64,000 nucleotides of DNA from Dehalococcoidia bacterium UBA1162 (GTDB lineage: Bacteria > Chloroflexota > Dehalococcoidia > GIF9 > UBA5629), in NCBI GenBank assembly GCA_002311135.1, contig DBZK01000010.1, positions 34,755 to 98,754 of the forward strand, given 5' to 3'. The notes below the pieces were generated by a model. The model saw only the letters and a list, made by a program, of their open reading frames with translations. It was not told where the DNA came from and searched no databases. Position numbers and translations under genes: made by a program. Numbering within the stretch: the stretch's first letter is position 1; every line of letters starts with the position of its first letter. Shown in pieces: positions 57,383-64,000 of this stretch.

Positions 57383-58603
57383 ATGGCGATACAGAGAAAG
57401 GCCAACGTACATATTTTGGACGGAAACCAGGCAGCCGCAATAGCTGCCATGATGAGCCGGGTGCAGGTTATTGCCGCTTACCCTATCACCCCCCAGACAC
57501 CACTTACCGAGCAGTTATCTCGATACGTGGAACAGGGTGAATTGCAGGCGGAATACGTAGCCGTAGAAAGCGAGCACAGCGCTATGGCCGTATGCACCTC
57601 CGCTTCACTGGTGGGAGCACGCACTTTCACGGCCACAAGCTCCCACGGACTGGCCTATATGCATGAGATGCTGCACTGGGCCGCCGGGGCACGCCTGCCC
57701 ATAGTGCTGGCCTGCGTTAACCGCGCCATCGGGGCGCCGTGGAATGTTTTGAACGACCAGCAGGACTCTATCTCTCAGCGTGATACGGGCTGGATCCAGA
57801 TATATTGCCGCAATAATCAGGAGATCATGGATACCATAATCCAGGCCTACCGGATAGCTGAGCAAGTTTTCGTCCCAGTTATGGTCTGCTATGACGGCTA
57901 TATACTTTCGCACACGGAAATGCCCGTCGATGTTCCAATCCAAGAAGAAGTAGACAGGTACCTTCCATCTTACCAACCTCATACCGTGCTTGATCCGGCC
58001 AATCCCAAAAACTATAACCTGGTGACATTGGCCAATCCTCGGGTGGGAGTGGACGGTAAGCTATGCCATGGGTATATGGAGCTCAGATACCTGCTTCAGG
58101 AAGCTCTGCAAAATTCCAAGGAAGTTATTGTGAAATCGGGCAAGGAATTCAACCAGCTCTTTGGCCGCGACTATGCCAATGTGTTCTGGGAAGACCGCAA
58201 CGAGGATGCGGAGATAACCATAGTAGCCATGGGTAGCCTGGCCATGGAAGCCATCGTGGCCGCCGATATGCTGCGGGAGCAGGGCATCAAAGTCGGTGTG
58301 CTTGGACTAAGGGTTTTCCGTCCCTTCCCCAAATCGGAAGTGGTGCAAGCCCTGCGCAAGTCCAAACTTATCGTGGTTTTCGATAAAAATATCAGCTATG
58401 GTTCCGAAGGCGCTACCTGCTCCGAGATCAAATCCGCGCTTTACGGGACATACATTAATGCCGCCATCAGGAACTTCATCGTCGGACTGGGTGGAAGGGA
58501 TATAAAGGCCCGAGAGTTGGTCGAGGCTACTAAAAAGGCCATAGCATCGCTCAAAGAAACGGTTGTCAACCCCGACTACCCCGAATGGATTTGCGAGATT
58601 TAG
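57383..58603 (+). CDS. porA: 2-oxoacid:ferredoxin oxidoreductase alpha subunit
   Basis: AAYPITPQT, VESEHSAM, TATSSHGL, GLGGRDI. Confidence 0.93.
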   Translation: MAIQRKANVHILDGNQAAAIAAMMSRVQVIAAYPITPQTPLTEQLSRYVEQGELQAEYVAVESEHSAMAVCTSASLVGARTFTATSSHGLAYMHEMLHWAAGARLPIVLACVNRAIGAPWNVLNDQQDSISQRDTGWIQIYCRNNQEIMDTIIQAYRIAEQVFVPVMVCYDGYILSHTEMPVDVPIQEEVDRYLPSYQPHTVLDPANPKNYNLVTLANPRVGVDGKLCHGYMELRYLLQEALQNSKEVIVKSGKEFNQLFGRDYANVFWEDRNEDAEITIVAMGSLAMEAIVAADMLREQGIKVGVLGLRVFRPFPKSEVVQALRKSKLIVVFDKNISYGSEGATCSEIKSALYGTYINAAIRNFIVGLGGRDIKARELVEATKKAIASLKETVVNPDYPEWICEI

Positions 58604-58615
58604 GGAGATATAAAG

Positions 58616-59521
58616 TTGAAAGCCAATGCCGTCAATTTAATTGAACAGGAATGGATTTTACCGGGCAACCGCACCTGCCCCGGATGCGCCCTGTCACTGG
58701 CCTATCGCCACACGTTGAAAGCACTGGAGGGCCAGTGCATCGTCACTGTGCCGGCAAGCTGTGCCACGGTGCTGCATGGCATGTATCCCATCACGGCGGT
58801 CAACGTACCCTGTGTAAACACACCATTTGCTTCAACAGGCGCGTCGGCAACCGGGCTGGTCGCAGGCCTAAAGGCTCTGGGTAAAAAAGGTATAACCGTA
58901 CTGGCCTTCGCCGGGGACGGCGGCACGCATGATATTGGCATTCAGTCTCTAAGCGGGGCGGCGGAGAGGCAAATGGACTTTATCTATATTTGCTATGACA
59001 ATGAGGGCTATATGAACACGGGCAACCAGCGTTCGGGCTCCACCCCACTGGGCGCCGTATCGGGCACTACCCCTATTCTGGGCAAGCAGCAATACCAGAA
59101 GGATATTACCGCTATTATGGAGGCACACGGCATACCCTATGTTGCCACTTGCTCGGCATCTTATCCTCTTGATCTATACGAGAAAGTTAAAAAGGCCCGG
59201 ACAATCGAGGGCACAAGGTTTTTGCATGTACATACACCGTGCCCCCCGGGCTGGCTCTTCCCCTTCAGCGACACCATTAAGTTCGGAGAGATGGCTGTGG
59301 AGACCGGCCTGGTAGTTCTTTATGAAATAGAAAACGGTATTTTCAGACTGACATCGCACAGTGAATCGATGGCCCTCAGGGGAGGGAACCTTCAACCGGT
59401 CCGTGAATATTTCATCTCGCAGGGCAGGTTCAAGACCATCACAGAAGAACAGATAGATGAGCTCCAGGACTGGGTTAATGCCCGTTGGAAGCATTGCCTG
59501 CACAGAGCTACCAACCTGTAA
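58616..59521 (+). CDS. porB: 2-oxoacid:ferredoxin oxidoreductase beta subunit
   Basis: CPGC, GDGGTHDIG, DNEGYMNTG, PCPPGW. Confidence 0.93.
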   Translation: MKANAVNLIEQEWILPGNRTCPGCALSLAYRHTLKALEGQCIVTVPASCATVLHGMYPITAVNVPCVNTPFASTGASATGLVAGLKALGKKGITVLAFAGDGGTHDIGIQSLSGAAERQMDFIYICYDNEGYMNTGNQRSGSTPLGAVSGTTPILGKQQYQKDITAIMEAHGIPYVATCSASYPLDLYEKVKKARTIEGTRFLHVHTPCPPGWLFPFSDTIKFGEMAVETGLVVLYEIENGIFRLTSHSESMALRGGNLQPVREYFISQGRFKTITEEQIDELQDWVNARWKHCLHRATNL

Positions 59522-59557
59522 TTTAACGCTGGGCTCAAAGCGGCTTTCCCCTGTGTG

Positions 59558-59983
59558 CTACTGCGATTGAGACTCAGCCAGTTCTTTTAGGACGCGTTCG
59601 AAAACGGCCATGTCTCTGGCTGAAAAACGTTTACGGAAATTTTCGTCCAGGTCATCTGCGAATTTAATAATCTTGGGGCCGACTTCTCTAGCCTGTCCGG
59701 TAAGGTAGACCAGGGCTGACCGCCGGTCCTCGGCATTAGGCCGGCGTTCTACATAACCGCTTTTCTCCATACGATCGAGTATGCCGGTAATGGTGGAACC
59801 GTCGAGCGAGACACGCTGTGCCAACTCTCCAATGGTAATTCCATCGCCCATCCAGAGTGCTTTAAAGATCATGTATTGGGGTGTAGTCAGGTTAAATGGC
59901 GCCAGACGGGACTCGTAATGCTCGTAAACCTTACGCATCACCCGTCCAATATTAAAACAGATATGTTCTCTGGCGTCGTACAT
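59558..59983 (-). CDS. MarR family transcriptional regulator
   Basis: LTTPQY, TITGILDRME, DRRS..VYLT. Confidence 0.93.
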   Translation of the reverse strand: MYDAREHICFNIGRVMRKVYEHYESRLAPFNLTTPQYMIFKALWMGDGITIGELAQRVSLDGSTITGILDRMEKSGYVERRPNAEDRRSALVYLTGQAREVGPKIIKFADDLDENFRKRFSARDMAVFERVLKELAESQSQ

Positions 59984-60014
59984 AGCTTCGCTTATTAATT
60001 TTTACGCAGATATT

Positions 60015-60131
60015 TTGCACACAATGTAATGAGTTGAACACCTTTTGTCAAGGCAGCGGACACGCTTCCCTTTACCTCTTGACAAGCCTAATATATTCTT
60101 GTTAGACTGCGCACAAATATATTGTACACAA
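60015..60131. promoter_or_regulatory. Divergent promoter region with candidate MarR boxes
   Basis: TTGACA 60079, TG-n-TAGACT 60103; TTGCACACAA 60015, CTGCGCACAA 60107, TTGTACACAA 60122. Confidence 0.68.
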
Positions 60132-60162
60132 AATAATTGTTGAATAATAATCGAGGTGAGAA

Positions 60163-61218
60163 ATGGCCAAAGCTATTTATGACAAACTAGCGGGTGCCTT
60201 GAATGCACGCAGTATGGCTGTACCGGCGGTACCTTGTGCCGAATATTACTCACTGGTTGAATTCCTCTTTTCAGAGGATGAGGCGGCTATTGTATGCGCC
60301 ATGCCCATTGAATATGCCAGAGTGGAGGAGGTCGCCGCAAACCTGGGAACCAAAGACCTCAAAAAGCTTACAGCCCAACTCGAGACTATGGGAGACAAGG
60401 GCATAATACATATTAAAGAGGAAAACGGCGTGAAGCTCTACGAGGGCCTTCCCTTCGTACCGGGCTTGATCGAGTTCCAACTGATGACAGGCATCGTTGA
60501 CGAACGACATAAGAAATTTGCCTTTTTGCTCAGGGACTACTCCAAGGCGGTGAAAAGGGAATTTATGTCGGCTACACCGCCTAAGTTGCAGAAATCGGCT
60601 GCGGGACGGCAGATTCCAGTTGATAAAGAGATCAGACAGGTAACGACTGTTATCCCCTATAAAGAGGCAAAAGAGTTGATTCAAAAAACGGAATATATTG
60701 CTGCAGGCACATGTGTCTGCCGTCACCAAGGCAACCTTATAGGAAAGCCCAGTTCCGAACCGCTTAACAACTGCATGGTCCTCGGAGAATCCGCCAAATT
60801 TGCCGTGCAGCGCGGTTTCACCAAGCGTTTGAACAGGGAGGAAGCGCTTGCCCGGCTTGACGAAGCCGAAAAGGCGGGACTGGTTCACAACTATGCCAAT
60901 ACTCCGCAGCAGTTTACCAACCTTCTATGCAACTGTTGCGGCTGCCATTGCTGGATCATCAAAGGGGCCAAAAACTCACCGGTCCCCAGCCTGATGGTAA
61001 ATGCCAGGTATCTGGTGCATATCAATGAGGAAGACTGCACAGCTTGTGAAGCATGCATAGAGAGGTGTTGGATGCAGGCACTGAAGATGGTTGACGGTAA
61101 GATTACCAGGGATGAAAAACGCTGTATAGGCTGCGGTGTTTGCATGTTAGCCTGCCCGACCGAAGCGCTCTATCTCGAACCCCGGGAAGCGGGCAAGATA
61201 CCGCTTAAAAATTGCTAG
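60163..61218 (+). CDS. 4Fe-4S dicluster protein with Cys-rich central domain
   Basis: CVCR, GLVH, CNCCGCHC, two CxxCxxCxxxC motifs. Confidence 0.85.
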   Translation: MAKAIYDKLAGALNARSMAVPAVPCAEYYSLVEFLFSEDEAAIVCAMPIEYARVEEVAANLGTKDLKKLTAQLETMGDKGIIHIKEENGVKLYEGLPFVPGLIEFQLMTGIVDERHKKFAFLLRDYSKAVKREFMSATPPKLQKSAAGRQIPVDKEIRQVTTVIPYKEAKELIQKTEYIAAGTCVCRHQGNLIGKPSSEPLNNCMVLGESAKFAVQRGFTKRLNREEALARLDEAEKAGLVHNYANTPQQFTNLLCNCCGCHCWIIKGAKNSPVPSLMVNARYLVHINEEDCTACEACIERCWMQALKMVDGKITRDEKRCIGCGVCMLACPTEALYLEPREAGKIPLKNC

Positions 61219-61226
61219 CCCGTAAT

Positions 61227-61862
61227 TTAATTTTGCTTTTGTTCGTTCTCTTTCCTGGCAGCGCGGTCCCTTGCCCAGCGATGGATCTCATCTAATGCCG
61301 GCGGCGCCACGCTGAAGACATCAACGTCTTTGGGGAATTGCACCAGGTGCCCTTCCCTGATGAAAAGCAGGGCTACGTCACCATCCTTAAGCGTTTCGTC
61401 TATGGCCTTGCTGATATACTGGTATCTCCTGCGGGAAGCCTCACCGAAAAATTCGTAAATCTTGGTAGCAACCTTATCGCTGAGGAATCCAATCATAAGG
61501 CAGCGTTCCCAGTCCATCACCTCTTCCAGCAGCTTGGTATCTTCAATACATTTTAGTTTGTCGCCGTTTTTGCATCGGTTGCATATCAATTCATGGCTTT
61601 TAGGATTAAGTCCTTCCAACAATTTGAGTCCTTCCTCCCCATCCGAATTGACAGTCTCGTGATAAATTACGGTCACACTGCCCAGGCTGTTCTCGAGCTT
61701 ATTAACCATTTCATTAACCTGCTGCCAATATTTTTCGAACAACTCCAGATAGTCTGCGGGTGATTCTTTACCGGCATAGATAAGCGGCACCTGAAGGATT
61801 TTCCTGTTATGCTTGTAGCTGCTGACTTCCGGTTTTTCTACTTTGCCTAATTCTTGTGACAT
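61227..61862 (-). CDS. Hypothetical protein
   Basis: 211-aa ORF with natural composition filling the gap; no family recognised. Confidence 0.65.
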   Translation of the reverse strand: MSQELGKVEKPEVSSYKHNRKILQVPLIYAGKESPADYLELFEKYWQQVNEMVNKLENSLGSVTVIYHETVNSDGEEGLKLLEGLNPKSHELICNRCKNGDKLKCIEDTKLLEEVMDWERCLMIGFLSDKVATKIYEFFGEASRRRYQYISKAIDETLKDGDVALLFIREGHLVQFPKDVDVFSVAPPALDEIHRWARDRAARKENEQKQN

Positions 61863-61950
61863 CGCTTATAACCCCAAGCATTCTACACCAGCGATCAGAC
61901 CGAGACAAATGTGAATGATCGGATATGTTGCAGTTAGGTATTATCGCCGA

Positions 61951-63999
61951 TTAGGGAGTCACCTCAAAATAACCTTCCAGCCTGATATCCCGCGAAGATG
62001 CTCCGATCATCACTTTAAAAACCCCCGGCTCAACAGTCGGTTTCATAGATTTATCGTAAAAAGCAAGCTCTCTGCCTTGGATCTCAAATTCCACCTTCCT
62101 GGTCTGGCCTGCCTTTATATCTATTCGATGGAAACTCTTCAACTCCTTTATTGGCCTGGTTATACTGGCTACTACATCGTTTATATAAAGTTGCACTACC
62201 TCTGCGCCATCTTTCTTTCCGGTGTTAGTAATATCGGCCAGTATCTTTACCTTTCCATCTCGAGGTATTCTATGCGGTTTTATGCGAAGATTTCGATATA
62301 GATATTCCGTATAGCTGAGCCCAAAGCCGAATTCAAAAAGCGGACCGGTGCAGGAGTCGACGTATTCACCCCAGAATTGCGATTTGCCGCCGGTCGGTTT
62401 GAGCCCGTAGTATACCGGGAGTTGGCCAATGTCACGTGGAAAGGATATGGGAAGTTTTCCGCCCGGATTATAATCTCCAAAAAGAATATCGGCGACTGCG
62501 TTGCCACCCTCTTCGCCGGGCAGCCAGGCTTCAACAATTGCAGGCACTTTCTCAGCTATCCAGTCAAAAGCCACGGGCCTGCCATCAATGATTACAAGGA
62601 TGACGGGTTTACCTGTATCGCAAACAGCACGTATTAACTGCTGTTGCACCTCGGGCAAACCGAGCGTCGTCCTATCCCTCATTTCGCCGCAGGTGCATTC
62701 CGGGGTCAAGCCCGATTTCCCCCCCATCACCATCACTACAGCTTCGGCGGAACCAGCGGCTTCAACAGCCCGGGCGAATCCTTCAGTCGAATCGCTTCCC
62801 AATTCACAGCCCCGGGCATAAATAACATCACAAGACGGTGAAACCTTCTTTTTTATTCCCTCCAGAACGCTAACTACGGGTACGGTCATTTTGTCCGGCT
62901 GCACTTCTTCCGGCGGCATTTCACAATTTATGCTAAAAGCAGTCATTCCCATTACCTGCGCATGCGCCGGATATGTATAATCACCCAGTTGGTTCCTGGG
63001 ATTATCTGCGTTTGGACCTATTACAGCCAGCTTTTTTATTCCTTTATCCAGAGGCAAAATGTTCCCGCTGTTCTTGAGCAGCACAATGGATTCGCGTGCC
63101 GCTTCCAGGGCAAGATTACGGTGCTCAGGAATATCAAATACCTTGCACGTATCATTTCGTTCCGTATACGGCTCTTCGAACAGTCCGAGCATAAATTTTA
63201 GTTTGAGGACCCTTCTCACAGAACGATCGATCAGGCTGACGGGAAACCTGGCGGATTTCACTTCGTTCTTAAAGGCCTCGGTCATGCAATCCTGGTTAGG
63301 CAACTCCTGGTCTATGCCCGCCCTGAGCGCCAGCTTGGCGGCATCTTCCCTGGTTGCAGCAATCCGATGATTCCGAAACAGCATGACAACAGCATAATAG
63401 TCCGAAACAACGATACCCTCGAATCCCCACTCATCGCGTAGAATCCGTGTTAATAATTCCTCAGAAGAGGCGCAGGGGATGCCGTCGATCTCGTTATACG
63501 CATTCATAATCGATAGAGCACCTGCTTCCTTGATTACCCTTTCAAAGGGATATAAATATACCTCCCTTAACATCCTTTGTGGTATGTCCGCCGGTGCGTG
63601 GTTCAGGCCACCTTCGGATTTTCCGTAGCCGATAAAATGTTTCAGGGTGGAAACAATGCCCCGTTTTATATCAGGCCCCTGCAATGCCCTGACATAGGCA
63701 ATCCCCATTTCGGCCGTCAGATAAGGGTCCTCCCCATAGGTTTCCTCTATGCGTCCCCATCTGGGATCCCGCGCAATATCAAGAACTGGTGAGAGGCCCT
63801 GTCGAATGCCGGCGGCGACCATCTGCTTTCTAATAACTGCAGCCATCTCCCCGATCAATACAGGGTCCCAGGTGCTCCCCATGCCTATTATCTGCGGGAA
63901 AATAGTCGCCTGTTTGGCGTTAAATCCGTTCAGGCACTCCTCATGCACAATAGCTGGAATGCCTAGTCTGGTGTTTTCCATCAGGAAATGCTGCACGTT
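61951..63999 (-). CDS. GH3 beta-glucosidase/xylosidase, 5' end outside the window
   Basis: RLGIP, RDPRWGR.EETYGEDP, KHF, VVSDY, VLLKN, FGFGLSYT, Fn3-like tail; frame open to the edge. Confidence 0.95.
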   Translation of the reverse strand, partial: NVQHFLMENTRLGIPAIVHEECLNGFNAKQATIFPQIIGMGSTWDPVLIGEMAAVIRKQMVAAGIRQGLSPVLDIARDPRWGRIEETYGEDPYLTAEMGIAYVRALQGPDIKRGIVSTLKHFIGYGKSEGGLNHAPADIPQRMLREVYLYPFERVIKEAGALSIMNAYNEIDGIPCASSEELLTRILRDEWGFEGIVVSDYYAVVMLFRNHRIAATREDAAKLALRAGIDQELPNQDCMTEAFKNEVKSARFPVSLIDRSVRRVLKLKFMLGLFEEPYTERNDTCKVFDIPEHRNLALEAARESIVLLKNSGNILPLDKGIKKLAVIGPNADNPRNQLGDYTYPAHAQVMGMTAFSINCEMPPEEVQPDKMTVPVVSVLEGIKKKVSPSCDVIYARGCELGSDSTEGFARAVEAAGSAEAVVMVMGGKSGLTPECTCGEMRDRTTLGLPEVQQQLIRAVCDTGKPVILVIIDGRPVAFDWIAEKVPAIVEAWLPGEEGGNAVADILFGDYNPGGKLPISFPRDIGQLPVYYGLKPTGGKSQFWGEYVDSCTGPLFEFGFGLSYTEYLYRNLRIKPHRIPRDGKVKILADITNTGKKDGAEVVQLYINDVVASITRPIKELKSFHRIDIKAGQTRKVEFEIQGRELAFYDKSMKPTVEPGVFKVMIGASSRDIRLEGYFEVTP

Positions 64000-64000
64000 A

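Overview
Mostly chromosomal housekeeping DNA from an anaerobic bacterium; gene content and protein style suggest Chloroflexota (Dehalococcoidia), which is an inference. It carries translation and RNA genes (5' end of rpsP, frameshifted prfB, rph, rnj, a tRNA nucleotidyltransferase, smpB and tmRNA), many DNA repair or uptake genes (nfi, radC, nurA-HAS-herA, udg, uvrB, ruvCA, comEA/comEC, ftsK), secDF, proBA, an acyl-CoA catabolic cluster, a 2-oxoacid:ferredoxin oxidoreductase operon and a GH3 glycosidase cut by the window edge. The best candidate for a new system is an AT-rich two-gene cassette after ftsK encoding a DUF262 (ParB/GmrS-like) protein and a HEPN-motif protein, inside a small accessory patch with an AbrB-PIN toxin-antitoxin pair and an orphan methyltransferase. 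Also notable: an acyl-CoA dehydrogenase with a winged-helix-like tail, three families of intergenic palindromic repeats joined into mosaics, a ComEC with a degenerate metal motif, a probable CC-adding enzyme, a hydrolase remnant beside ssrA and several apparently leaderless genes. No CRISPR array, rRNA, tRNA, integrase or transposase was seen. All family calls come from motif recognition by eye, not database searches.
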